DNA from: a virus
Taxonomy: Duplodnaviria > Caudoviricetes
Length of the DNA: 64,000 bases
Direction: 5' to 3' (one strand)
IMG/VR virus record: IMGVR_UViG_3300033066_000276
Location: 16,097 to 80,096 of that record
Shown here: positions 36,926 through 45,813 of the stretch, in pieces
Numbering within the stretch: position 1 is the stretch's first letter
How the letters are laid out: every line of letters starts with the position of its first letter
The notes under the pieces: model-generated
Told to the model about the DNA's origin: nothing
Databases searched by the model: none
The model's input: the letters and a program-made list of their open reading frames with translations, nothing else
Program-made: the position numbers and the translations under genes

Positions 36926-37256
36926 TGGCGGCGAGGTCTTGTTTGTGCCTATGGACGTCGTATCCAAGGACGGTTGCAATCCAGTTGCCATTTCCATTCC
37001 CCACAGGTTCAATCAGTTTCATGTCTTGTAGCTTGACCGCAAGCGGTGTCGGGCCAACTTTGCCTTCACAGATACGAGCTAACGTTTCCAGTGCTGACGG
37101 AAAGGTAGTGAGTTGTGCATAGAGATAGTCAACTCGTTCTTTCCTTAACCGCTTCAAGAGTTTGCTGAACTTGTTGGCCCCTGGTAGATCGTTGTCAACG
37201 GCATCGATTACCTCCATGGCCAATTCTCGATACACGACGTAAGAGAAATCAGCCAT
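36891..37256 (-). CDS. Hypothetical protein
   Basis: Likely start MADFSY. Confidence 0.5.
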   Translation of the reverse strand: MADFSYVVYRELAMEVIDAVDNDLPGANKFSKLLKRLRKERVDYLYAQLTTFPSALETLARICEGKVGPTPLAVKLQDMKLIEPVGNGNGNWIATVLGYDVHRHKQDLAASARLDSKKEGG

Positions 37257-37599
37257 CGATAACTCCAATCACGTCGCTTTCTTTCATGCACAAATAAGGC
37301 TTGTTCTCACCGGGGAAGTGAATCTCATTGCCTGACCAGCGGCCATAGAGCACAACTTCACCCACTTCCAAGTCGGTAGGGCAACGATAGCCACCCTTGA
37401 GTCTCTTGCCTGGACCGACGGCTACTACCTCGCCCTTCTTCGGTGTGTCTTCAGGGTCATAGTTTTCAGGGATGATAAGACTACCAATCTTACCACTGTG
37501 AGAATCGAGTTGCCGAATGAGAACGTTGTCCTCCATCGGCACAAAATCACGAACGTCCAATTGCTTGCTCCTGTACTTGACTTGCAGTGTCAGCCTCAT
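37249..37599 (-). CDS. groES: GroES-like co-chaperonin
   Basis: FVPMEDNVLI, GSLIIPE mobile loop, GEVVAVGPGK, VGEVVLYGRWSGNEI, MKESDVIGVI. Confidence 0.93.
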   Translation of the reverse strand: MRLTLQVKYRSKQLDVRDFVPMEDNVLIRQLDSHSGKIGSLIIPENYDPEDTPKKGEVVAVGPGKRLKGGYRCPTDLEVGEVVLYGRWSGNEIHFPGENKPYLCMKESDVIGVIDG

Positions 37600-38317
37600 A
37601 GCTGATGGTTAGAATACGATCATCGCCGGTTGCTCTCTCAGCGACACACATGAACAATGGTCTGCGGCCGCGCCACATACTAATCGGCCGACCGATAGCT
37701 GGAATGTCTTCAACCGAAGCACTGCCATATTGCCCATCAGGATACTTGTCTCGCTTGTCACCAAGCCAATATCCACGCACAACCGGGAAGTTGGTGTGGT
37801 CTTCGTTTGTCGGTATGTACTCAGCGAACATAATGATCGCTTGACAATTGTGCTCATCTCTTGTCTTCAACAAGGATTCGTACTGAGACTGACTGAAGAG
37901 ACTGGTTACCTGTTCGGGACTCCAAATGTGCGGACCCACTGGACCATCGGGTGAGATGACGGCAGCGTCCTTTTCAACAAGACCTATGCTCTCGACTCGG
38001 TTAGCGTCAGCACCCATGACGCTTTGATCCAAAGTGCTTTTGCGTGGTTGCAGTTCACGCACCTTTTCGGCGTCTCGCACATGGTCAAGATTTACCTCAG
38101 CATCTTCGTTGTTGTTCAACAGGTCTAACAGTTCATCCAACGGTATGTTGACGAAGTGAACGCCACCGTGCGACATCTTGATGTTGCTGGCATTGTTGAT
38201 GACACTGCTGATCTCAGTGATTTCGTCAGTGAAGATGACGATGGTTGACTTGAACGGTTCACTCTTGCTATGCTTCTGATAGCCCAGAGTCAGCGTTCTG
38301 CATTTAACTTTCGCCAT
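37547..38317 (-). CDS. Hypothetical protein
   Basis: 256 aa ORF with GGAG RBS. Confidence 0.55.
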   Translation of the reverse strand: MAKVKCRTLTLGYQKHSKSEPFKSTIVIFTDEITEISSVINNASNIKMSHGGVHFVNIPLDELLDLLNNNEDAEVNLDHVRDAEKVRELQPRKSTLDQSVMGADANRVESIGLVEKDAAVISPDGPVGPHIWSPEQVTSLFSQSQYESLLKTRDEHNCQAIIMFAEYIPTNEDHTNFPVVRGYWLGDKRDKYPDGQYGSASVEDIPAIGRPISMWRGRRPLFMCVAERATGDDRILTISYEADTASQVQEQAIGRS

Positions 38318-38318
38318 G

Positions 38319-38693
38319 TCATTTTCTCCAATCTCGGAAGCATTGCATCAAGAACCTGATGCGGTCATTCGCCATACCCCGTCCGTAGTCACAGTCTAGG
38401 TCAAGGTCATCCTCGCCCATACACTGTTCGGTTGGTAAGTTCACGCTTTGATGGTAGGCAAAGAAGTGTAGGCTTTTGGCTAGCTCGCGCGTGCGCCCGC
38501 CGGTTAGAACCCACCCTGATCCATCGGGGATCAAGTTGAACACATACTCAACCTGTGCCCTTAGCTTTACCCGTTCATCTTCGGGCACGTTGCGCCAAGA
38601 GGTGCGGCCTGTAAAGTTGATGAAGGCAGCCATCTGGTAGTGGCCGTGCAGTCTCTCAGCTAGGTGTTCGATCAGTGCTGGATCCAGCTTCAT
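38319..38693 (-). CDS. Hypothetical protein
   Basis: Likely start MKLDPAL after GGAG. Confidence 0.5.
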   Translation of the reverse strand: MKLDPALIEHLAERLHGHYQMAAFINFTGRTSWRNVPEDERVKLRAQVEYVFNLIPDGSGWVLTGGRTRELAKSLHFFAYHQSVNLPTEQCMGEDDLDLDCDYGRGMANDRIRFLMQCFRDWRK

Positions 38694-38874
38694 TGTTGCT
38701 CTCCGGGTATGGTAGGCCAAAGTGTTCGTAGAGCTTTTTGTGTAGCCAGGATCGGTGTTCTTCATCGCCGTGTGCGATTGCCGTGAACAGTTCTTCGATT
38801 TCGTTTTGTAGTGCCGATGGGTACTTCCCATAGAAGGGTTGCACCGACCCCTTCATGTTAGGTTTTGTCGCCAT
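38656..38874 (-). CDS. Small phage hypothetical protein
   Basis: Start MATKPN after GAGGAG; AIAHGDEEHRSWL motif. Confidence 0.55.
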   Translation of the reverse strand: MATKPNMKGSVQPFYGKYPSALQNEIEELFTAIAHGDEEHRSWLHKKLYEHFGLPYPESNNEAGSSTDRTPS

Positions 38875-39091
38875 CGTTAAACTCCTCGAAGCTGATGCCA
38901 TCCTTGGTGATGATTGAACGAAGTCGGATCATGGTAACCGGCTTGGGCTCAATAGCGTAGATGTTGATGGCGTTGGTGGCGTAGTTAGCGACCACTCTAG
39001 CCTTACGAAACCGGCCTTCTAGTCGGTATTGAATACGCAGACGAACGACCGTGCAACCGAGCACCAAGGTACGCCAGAGGTGATACCACAT
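38858..39091 (-). CDS. 77-aa protein resembling the tail-sheath C-terminal domain
   Basis: TGATG-coupled start; PVTMIRLRSIITKDG-ISFEE vs sheath PVEKIRLRTIITREGDISFFE, 14 identities in 21 columns. Confidence 0.7.
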   Translation of the reverse strand: MWYHLWRTLVLGCTVVRLRIQYRLEGRFRKARVVANYATNAINIYAIEPKPVTMIRLRSIITKDGISFEEFNDGDKT

Positions 39092-39477
39092 CAGTCGTCG
39101 TCCTTGAACTTAAAGAACCAACCGATGATCCGCTGCGTAGCCAGGATATGGTTAGGGCTGTGAACGTGGCAGTGTGCTTGTAGCCACGGACTCAACGGGC
39201 GAGGCGAAACCAAGGACACATACTTACCAGCTTTGAAAGCGAGAACCACTTCCATAGCTGAGCCGTAGCTTGGCTTCCAACAGTTCGCCACTATTGCATC
39301 GCATTGTGCGATAGCGTGCAGATCACGTTGCACTACATTCTTGCCCTTCCAATCGGTAGGGTCGATGAAAGTAACACCTTGGTTGACGAACAGATTCTTG
39401 AGTTCGTTTCGCCAGTCGTGCGCCTCGCCATGCGTACAGTTTGCGATGGGACCGCATAGATAGATGCTAGGTGTCAT
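39091..39477 (-). CDS. Nucleoside 2-deoxyribosyltransferase / dNMP N-glycosidase (NDT/DNPH1-like)
   Basis: IYLCGPI, DWR, FIDP, VQRDLHAIAQCDAIVA, SYGSAMEV (catalytic Glu position). Confidence 0.85.
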   Translation of the reverse strand: MTPSIYLCGPIANCTHGEAHDWRNELKNLFVNQGVTFIDPTDWKGKNVVQRDLHAIAQCDAIVANCWKPSYGSAMEVVLAFKAGKYVSLVSPRPLSPWLQAHCHVHSPNHILATQRIIGWFFKFKDDD

Positions 39478-39926
39478 ACCTTCTTCTCTCCATAAGGTAG
39501 CTGACTTAGCGGATAGTCCTCTACTTCATACCAGTTGCCGCTTCCCTTCTCAATTGTAAGCACTAGCTCCTTGCAACGGCTCGTGGCCTCGTGCTCGTGT
39601 AGCCAAATAGAGTCGATAGATTGAGCCGACACACCGTCAACTTCATAGCCACGCAAGACAACGTGGACATTTTCGTGCTTACGAAGCAGTCCTGGCATAT
39701 GCAACACTAATGGAATCAGCTCTTGTCGATCAGGTAGGCGGGCGTAGGCCGCACCCTCAGGAGCCAACAGCACTTCGGCGATACGGATCATGTTGTTGGC
39801 GCCATCATTGGTATAGATACCTTTCTTGTCGGTATCATATACCAACTCACCTACACCAATACCTTGGATGTGTTCGAGCTTACCTTGCTCAACGAACTCA
39901 CCGCGCTTGATAAGTATCTGCATCAC
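39474..39926 (-). CDS. Two-domain hypothetical protein; N-terminus resembles a tail-fibre N-terminal (Mtd_N/hyaluronidase-N-like) module
   Basis: QILIKRG...GELVYDTDKKGIYTNDG vs family pattern iqlrRGt...GE.gy.tDt...kiGDG. Confidence 0.4.
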   Translation of the reverse strand: MMQILIKRGEFVEQGKLEHIQGIGVGELVYDTDKKGIYTNDGANNMIRIAEVLLAPEGAAYARLPDRQELIPLVLHMPGLLRKHENVHVVLRGYEVDGVSAQSIDSIWLHEHEATSRCKELVLTIEKGSGNWYEVEDYPLSQLPYGEKKV

Positions 39927-40309
39927 ATTTGCTCCGGCGGGATGGTGAATGGTTTTTTGTCATCACGACGACGAGGATTAGACACCGCTGGCATGTCAGG
40001 GTAGTTTTCAAGCTGCGAGTCCATGATAGTATCCTCAATCTTGAAACGCCAAACGTCGAAGCCCTCAGCCTTCAATTCTTCAACACAACCACGCACGCGG
40101 CGTTGAATAGCATCGAGGTTCTTGTCGCGAGTGGTCAGGAAGCTATCGTACTTTGAACGAGTAGGTGTATCTACGTCCCGTTTTTTCATCAACAGGTCAG
40201 CCACCCGAAAATCATACTTGAGAGCAATAAGACGCAAGGTTATTTGACGATTATCCAACACCGGCTCAAGCGTGACATGGGCTTCGTAGTACAGTTTAGA
40301 ATCCATCAT
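39923..40309 (-). CDS. Phage hypothetical protein
   Basis: YYEAHVT...SFLTTR...GFDVWRFKIED. Confidence 0.55.
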   Translation of the reverse strand: MMDSKLYYEAHVTLEPVLDNRQITLRLIALKYDFRVADLLMKKRDVDTPTRSKYDSFLTTRDKNLDAIQRRVRGCVEELKAEGFDVWRFKIEDTIMDSQLENYPDMPAVSNPRRRDDKKPFTIPPEQM

Positions 40310-40683
40310 TCGGCGTCCTTCCACGATATCTTGAGCACGTAGTAATAGCAGATGGCCGGAGCAGCACTATCGCCATGATTGACTTCGATCTCTTCAATCG
40401 AGGACGCATAGTTCTGTTCTTGCAACTCGTTAGCTATGTGGTTTAACGCTTCCCAACTCTCATCGTCTTTACTGACATTGTGCTCTACACTGTAGTAACG
40501 GTTCTCTGATGCTGACGCAATCGCCGTGGCAATGAGTGGCTTGAGTTCGGAGATGATGCGACTGATACGTTGACGCCTCTGAGCAGCGATGGATTCTTCT
40601 TCCTTCTGTCTAGCTGCGAAAGCAACCCTCTCTGCGGCTTTGGTTTCAGCCCGAACGTGTGTAGCTTTTTTGAAGTAGCTCAT
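40306..40683 (-). CDS. Hypothetical protein
   Basis: Likely start MSYFKK at 40683. Confidence 0.5.
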   Translation of the reverse strand: MSYFKKATHVRAETKAAERVAFAARQKEEESIAAQRRQRISRIISELKPLIATAIASASENRYYSVEHNVSKDDESWEALNHIANELQEQNYASSIEEIEVNHGDSAAPAICYYYVLKISWKDAE

Positions 40684-40684
40684 G

Positions 40685-40993
40685 CTACGTGTCCTTTGAT
40701 ATTTGTCGTCGCGTGCGAAAGAACCCATCGTGTTCAGGATACCTGCGGTGAAAACGACGAGCGTAGAAGGCAGTGAAATTGTTGTTCAGCTTAAACTCTT
40801 TATCCTTATCGTAGGTTGGTTGATCCGTTTCCCAACGTACTCTATGGCAGATAGCATCAGATGAGTAATGCTCAAAGCCTTGAGCAATACGATCTTTGGT
40901 GAACCGCACGAACAGCTTCCATACTTCTGGGTGTTCCTTGTTGAAGCGTTTGAACTGCTCCAACAATTGCTGACGGCGGGTAGGCTTCTTCAT
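40685..40993 (-). CDS. Conserved phage hypothetical protein
   Basis: FKRFNKEHPEVW...RVRWET...FKLNNNFTAFYAR...FFRTR pattern seen in other phage proteins of unknown function. Confidence 0.6.
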   Translation of the reverse strand: MKKPTRRQQLLEQFKRFNKEHPEVWKLFVRFTKDRIAQGFEHYSSDAICHRVRWETDQPTYDKDKEFKLNNNFTAFYARRFHRRYPEHDGFFRTRRQISKDT

Positions 40994-40994
40994 T

Positions 40995-41183
40995 TTAGAA
41001 CTTAGCCTTTTCGATATTCTGTTTGATCTGCCCGATAGCCTTGTCTTTGCTTATTTCATTACCATCTTCATCTACGAACTTTATCTGAGCGCTACGGCGT
41101 TCACCTCTTAGCCTAGCCAACTCGGCTGCTTCTTCTTGGGTAATTTCCTTACCATCACCATCTATGTACTTAACCATTGTCAA
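40995..41183 (-). CDS. Small hypothetical protein with internal duplication
   Basis: VKYIDGDGKEITQEEA repeated as IKFVDEDGNEISKDKA. Confidence 0.55.
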   Translation of the reverse strand: MTMVKYIDGDGKEITQEEAAELARLRGERRSAQIKFVDEDGNEISKDKAIGQIKQNIEKAKF

Positions 41184-42832
41184 AACCTCCGTGGCACTTG
41201 CCGTGTGTGTGCTTCTGATTGGTGCTTACGATGATTTACCACTTTTCCTCCAAACCTTGAGGGCTTAGACGAGGCCAAAGCATACATCCGTTCACGGTTT
41301 TCTTTGCTCATCTTGTAGCGTGGTTGGTTGCCATACTTGTTGCCTTCGAGGTAGGGAGAGATTGCAGTCCAACACAGCTTACGCAGACAACCTATGCTCT
41401 GTGGCATGTCATCGACGTAGATCTTGACCTTGGGTTGGCGCTTGCCTTTGGCTGGCGTGCAAGGACGACAGGCCAATTGATAGAACATCGGTCCATTCGA
41501 GGTCGGGATTACTTGATGCAGCACAGTGGGGCGCTTCATGTCCACGCCTTGCTTCATCATCGATGAGATCGCAACGACGACTAGGTGTTTGCCCTTTTCA
41601 AAGTCTCGCAGCACCTTCTTTTGATCGGAGTCAGCGTTGTAGGCCACCGCCATCTGATCGGGCCATTCTTCACCGCGTTTGCGATTGTTAATTCGAGCCT
41701 GATTGTTTATCGTCTGGATGAGTAGGTTCTGTTGCTTGCGATACTCCACTGGAATGATGACGCCACCATGCCCCTCACGCAGATCCTTGAATACGTCCTT
41801 GACGATTCTCTTGGTGCGTCCTGGATCACTACCGATGAATGATAAGAAGTAGGTCCAGTGGTTGATCTTCTTACCCTCACCGGGGTTGACGCCGGTTTCA
41901 ACGATCTCTAATTCAGGCAGCAGAGCCGCGGTGTGTGAACGCACAGTCACCGGTCCAAGCAAAGCGTAGCCGATGAATTGACGATTGTCCTTGCGGTCGG
42001 GTGTGGCCGTAAGACCAAGCCGGTAGCGACTATCGATCTCGTTGATAAATTTGGCAAACGCCGACGCAGAACCCATGTGGGCTTCGTCAACGATCAACAG
42101 ACCAAACTTGCCGGTGATCGCTTCCTTCAATCGTCCAGGGCCATACTTGCTGATGAACTTCTGGTAGTTGACCAGCACTACGTCAGCCTTGGTGTCAAGG
42201 TCTTCAACCGTACTCACCATCTTGACTACGGTTCGACCACGCCGTTTGAGATCATTCATGTTGGTGAAGTCTCGATAGGTGCGGTAGAACTGACGCAGCA
42301 GTTGCTTTTTGTGGGCCACAATCAGAGTACGGGTGCCAAGTTGCACTGAGATGAAGCAACCGAGAACAGTCTTACCCGTCCTCGGTGCCGCCTCGATGAT
42401 GCCATGCTTAACCTTGAGCCATTCGTCTGTCAGCTTGACTTGGTTAGCAGTCTTAATGTCGTCGATAGTTTGCCCGTGATAGAGCTCACGCGTGAACTTT
42501 ATCTTGTTGCGGAATGGAGGATTGGCACGCTTGTCTATGGCTAGGTGAAAGTCAAAGCCGATCTTCTTGGCTGTAACTCGATCTCCTGACGGGACAGCGA
42601 TGTAGTCTTCACCCTTGAAATTGCCCTTACGCCACAGCTTGATCTCACCCTGGAAGGCAGGGCATTGGTCACAAAGTTCGTTATGACGATCAGGCAAATT
42701 TTTACATCTTCCACAAGCACTTTCGTCATAGATAGAACGTTGGTAGTGTTGTTTAACCTCCCGAAGATTAACTTGATCCCTCCGTAGGTATAACTTGTCT
42801 TTGATTATGAACTTTGGTGAAGCCATGACCAT
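41180..42832 (-). CDS. Superfamily 2 DNA helicase (UvsW-like)
   Basis: EAAPRTGKT, LIVDEAH, GLTATPDRKD, QGVDMKR, YQLACR. Confidence 0.88.
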   Translation of the reverse strand: MVMASPKFIIKDKLYLRRDQVNLREVKQHYQRSIYDESACGRCKNLPDRHNELCDQCPAFQGEIKLWRKGNFKGEDYIAVPSGDRVTAKKIGFDFHLAIDKRANPPFRNKIKFTRELYHGQTIDDIKTANQVKLTDEWLKVKHGIIEAAPRTGKTVLGCFISVQLGTRTLIVAHKKQLLRQFYRTYRDFTNMNDLKRRGRTVVKMVSTVEDLDTKADVVLVNYQKFISKYGPGRLKEAITGKFGLLIVDEAHMGSASAFAKFINEIDSRYRLGLTATPDRKDNRQFIGYALLGPVTVRSHTAALLPELEIVETGVNPGEGKKINHWTYFLSFIGSDPGRTKRIVKDVFKDLREGHGGVIIPVEYRKQQNLLIQTINNQARINNRKRGEEWPDQMAVAYNADSDQKKVLRDFEKGKHLVVVAISSMMKQGVDMKRPTVLHQVIPTSNGPMFYQLACRPCTPAKGKRQPKVKIYVDDMPQSIGCLRKLCWTAISPYLEGNKYGNQPRYKMSKENRERMYALASSKPSRFGGKVVNHRKHQSEAHTRQVPRRF

Positions 42833-43371
42833 GCCCTTCCAGAGATGATATTTTGTATCAAAGAAGGAGACACATTAAATCTATCACTCATCCCCTTAAC
42901 ACCAAATTTACTATGTCCTCGCTTGAACTTGCGTTTGATGAACAAGACATCATCTTTGCATAATTTAGCTTTTGGATGTCGAGTACCTTGTAGTGTCGTC
43001 CCGTGTTTTGAAGCATCTGCGCCATTTTCAACGTAGGTTCCATATTCTATGTTGGTCGCAACATTGTTTGTTCCCACGCCATCAAGATGACGAACTACAA
43101 GACCATTCGGCCTTTTGCCTTTGAAAGCTCTAGCCACTAGGACATGCACATATTTGGTATATTTTACAGCTTCTCTGCACAAAGAAACAGTACGATACGG
43201 TCCACTTCGTGCTTGTTTCAATACACGTCCAGGTACTACGTAGGACTTGAGTGGAACACCATTTCTCATAGCATTAACGGTTGTTCCCAGTGATCTTACC
43301 CTCCCCAAGTTAGAGACTTCATAATTGGGGTATCCCTTGACCTTCTTCCATATCTCTTTGGGTGCTGGCAT
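42805..43371 (-). CDS. NUMOD4-HNH homing endonuclease
   Basis: EIWKKVKGYPNYEVSNLGRVRS (NUMOD4), YVHVLVA, VRHLDGVGTNNVATNIEYGTYVEN; likely ATG at 43371. Confidence 0.9.
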   Translation of the reverse strand: MPAPKEIWKKVKGYPNYEVSNLGRVRSLGTTVNAMRNGVPLKSYVVPGRVLKQARSGPYRTVSLCREAVKYTKYVHVLVARAFKGKRPNGLVVRHLDGVGTNNVATNIEYGTYVENGADASKHGTTLQGTRHPKAKLCKDDVLFIKRKFKRGHSKFGVKGMSDRFNVSPSLIQNIISGRAWSWLHQSS

Positions 43372-43375
43372 TTGG

Positions 43376-44593
43376 TTAATATGTCTCTGGATCACGACCC
43401 GAAGGTGGGGAAGCTGGTGGTGGTAGCACCGCTTCTGCTGCTGCGGTTGGAACAACAGGCGGCGGTGTTGGTGGTATTGGAGTTACTGCAATCACCGCTT
43501 CCTTGACTATGGGCTCCTTGTTGACTGCCAGCACTTGCATCAAGTCGGCAATCATCTTGATCTCAGCTTCGTCAAACACTCGCGGTCGGGTAACCGAAGG
43601 ATTGACCTGAGCCTTGTTCAAGAACAGCAGTCGCGCCAAGTCACTAGCACTGTTTACCTTAAGCGCCGTGGGGAACAATTCGTCGGTAAACGGGGTTGGA
43701 CGAACGATTGGCGTGGCTCCAGCCAACACTGCTTCCATGACCTCGTACTGCATCGTATCCCGATCGTTCCACCCCAACACCCATTGGCAGCGAGATAGAA
43801 AGCTCAAGTAGTCATGTTTGTTCTTGACAACCCGGAACATCAGGTTCTGTGGCAGCTTGGTTGTATCGGGTAGATTGCGTCGGCTATTGAGCATACTGCC
43901 TGGAACGACAGCCATAAACCTAACTAGGTCTAGGCCACGACTAAGACGATAGCTAGCGTTGTCACTGGTGACGCCAGCCAGACTATTGTACTCACGCGCA
44001 GCATCAATCAACACTTGCAGACCGTTGTCATCGCAAACCCGTTGCGGCATGACCAAGATCTTTTCCTTCGTCGTCGCCGTGAACGCCTTGTCAACGCGAC
44101 ATGGATAGCCGACTACAGCCACCTTGTCTCCACCGATCATGTGGTGCTGCATCAGTGCGTCTTTCAACGCCTGAGTAGCAACGTAGATACGATCAGCCCC
44201 TTCCATGATGTTGTCTTCAAAGCGACCGACAACGTTGCGATTGCTCTTATCCCACATCCGTGTGGTGCTGGTGACGATACCGGCGTAAGGAATCTCAGGA
44301 TTGTCCATCACAATCGACGGCACTTCTGGAGACAACAGGTCCATGAAGAACAGCATGTCGAACTGGTGATGCTTCTTTTCTTCGGCCATCTGACGAAGAA
44401 CGTTGAGCCGGTTTTCGGTTTGATAGGATGGATCGTAGAAACTCTCCACGTTGGTAATCGCGGTGAAGTTGGTGCCGCCAATCATCACCACTTCCGCCAT
44501 GCGCGACAGGTGGTAGACGAAGTCATCGACCAGTGTTTGTTCGGGACGAAACCAAGCTAGGGCGGGACGAACCAATCCAATAGTGTACTGCAT
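43376..44593 (-). CDS. GT-B (GT4-like) glycosyltransferase
   Basis: ADRIYVATQALKDAL, ILVMPQR, KHDYLSFLSRCQWV...DTMQYEVMEAVLAGATPIV (D/E-x7-E donor-binding motif); Pro-rich tail. Confidence 0.8.
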   Translation of the reverse strand: MQYTIGLVRPALAWFRPEQTLVDDFVYHLSRMAEVVMIGGTNFTAITNVESFYDPSYQTENRLNVLRQMAEEKKHHQFDMLFFMDLLSPEVPSIVMDNPEIPYAGIVTSTTRMWDKSNRNVVGRFEDNIMEGADRIYVATQALKDALMQHHMIGGDKVAVVGYPCRVDKAFTATTKEKILVMPQRVCDDNGLQVLIDAAREYNSLAGVTSDNASYRLSRGLDLVRFMAVVPGSMLNSRRNLPDTTKLPQNLMFRVVKNKHDYLSFLSRCQWVLGWNDRDTMQYEVMEAVLAGATPIVRPTPFTDELFPTALKVNSASDLARLLFLNKAQVNPSVTRPRVFDEAEIKMIADLMQVLAVNKEPIVKEAVIAVTPIPPTPPPVVPTAAAEAVLPPPASPPSGRDPETY

Positions 44594-44859
44594 TACTGCG
44601 CCTCCTCTAGCATATCAGTGACAATGTGTCGGTTGTCTGGATCGGCTAGAGGTTGTTGTGAAGGTGTGTCGGTGGCAGAGTAACGCAATTCCATGCGTAG
44701 GTAGACCAATTTGATTTCGTTTAGATCGTGCGCCATACTTGAAGCATAGTAAGCGATAGCCACCAGTATGAGCGAGCAAGCAACGATAGCGGCGTTGCGC
44801 ACTCCTTCTAGGAGCAACATCATCTGCTCCCAATTCATCTTTGAAATTTTCATAGTCAA
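44593..44859 (-). CDS. Small single-pass membrane protein
   Basis: Hydrophobic AAIVACSLILVAIAYYA; TAATG-coupled to the glycosyltransferase. Confidence 0.6.
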   Translation of the reverse strand: MTMKISKMNWEQMMLLLEGVRNAAIVACSLILVAIAYYASSMAHDLNEIKLVYLRMELRYSATDTPSQQPLADPDNRHIVTDMLEEAQ

Positions 44860-44862
44860 TCC

Positions 44863-45813
44863 TTACGCTAAACCGGGAAGCTCTACCCAATCAGCTTTCC
44901 ATTGCATTCCGCGCTTGAGGTTGTTTATGTCCAACCCCAATCCAAGTTTGAGATTTTTGTTGTAGCACTCCTGTAATGCCTTGAGCAAGATAAAGTCTTC
45001 GTGTAGGCTGTGACCCACGATTGAATAGGTGTATTGCAGGAGCTTTCGTCGCTCATCACGATCAAACAGCGCCAGCGCTAACAATCTGTTCTCAGCCGAC
45101 CGAAACTCCCATATCTCACACGGCGTTCGCAGCACCATCTCAATTTGATTGAGCATGAAGTCAGGCAAGAAAGGGTAGTGCTTGCCTGAGATCATAACCC
45201 CGTTGCTGCTCACGCACTCGAAACCGGGAATGTCTTCCCGCAAACGTCGGCTTAAATCGGTGAGCACTAGAGCACGTAGTTCGCTTCGTCCGCTAACACT
45301 AGCACCAAATCGATCGTAGGATTGGACTTTTACGTTCGTGTGCGCGTACCAGCAACTCTCCATGCCAATCGCTTGTAATTGGTTTCCAAACCAGATGTAG
45401 CGTGGGTTTATTACAAATTCGCCATGTCCGTCCTCAATGATGTCTAGAGGCAAGTCATGTAGAGTTCGCATGAAGTCTAGCTGCGCCGCCGCCCAAGTAG
45501 GTATAGTCAATTCAGCCAGTACCGTCCAGATGATGCCTCGGTCGGCGGTGCTGTGTTGCACTAACGGAATAAGGAAGTCGCCGTCAGCCATCAGACTAGG
45601 TGCGCTGACGTAGGGAATGGCCGTATCTTTCGACCATTCGTGGCTACCAATCTCCACGGATACGAAAGCGTACAGCCATTCTTTTTCTAGTGGTGCTACT
45701 CGCGGCCCCATCGTTGCTGAATGGTCAGACACTGCCTGCATGAACCGTTCAACTCTCGGCCAAAAAGTATCCCAATGCTGCAACCATGTCTTGCCATCAG
45801 TAACGTTAATCAA
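44863..45813 (-). CDS. GNAT-fold protein with Bpt/ATE1-like (aminoacyl-tRNA transferase-type) C-terminal domain
   Basis: EFRSAENRLLALALFD...LQYTY...HSL..FILLKALQE..NLKLGLGLDI...MQWK parallels Bpt/ATE1 E.R.dgrLvAvav.D...l..vYt...sLG...iL..i...l.ylYLGy.I...M.YK. Confidence 0.45.
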   Translation of the reverse strand: MINVTDGKTWLQHWDTFWPRVERFMQAVSDHSATMGPRVAPLEKEWLYAFVSVEIGSHEWSKDTAIPYVSAPSLMADGDFLIPLVQHSTADRGIIWTVLAELTIPTWAAAQLDFMRTLHDLPLDIIEDGHGEFVINPRYIWFGNQLQAIGMESCWYAHTNVKVQSYDRFGASVSGRSELRALVLTDLSRRLREDIPGFECVSSNGVMISGKHYPFLPDFMLNQIEMVLRTPCEIWEFRSAENRLLALALFDRDERRKLLQYTYSIVGHSLHEDFILLKALQECYNKNLKLGLGLDINNLKRGMQWKADWVELPGLA

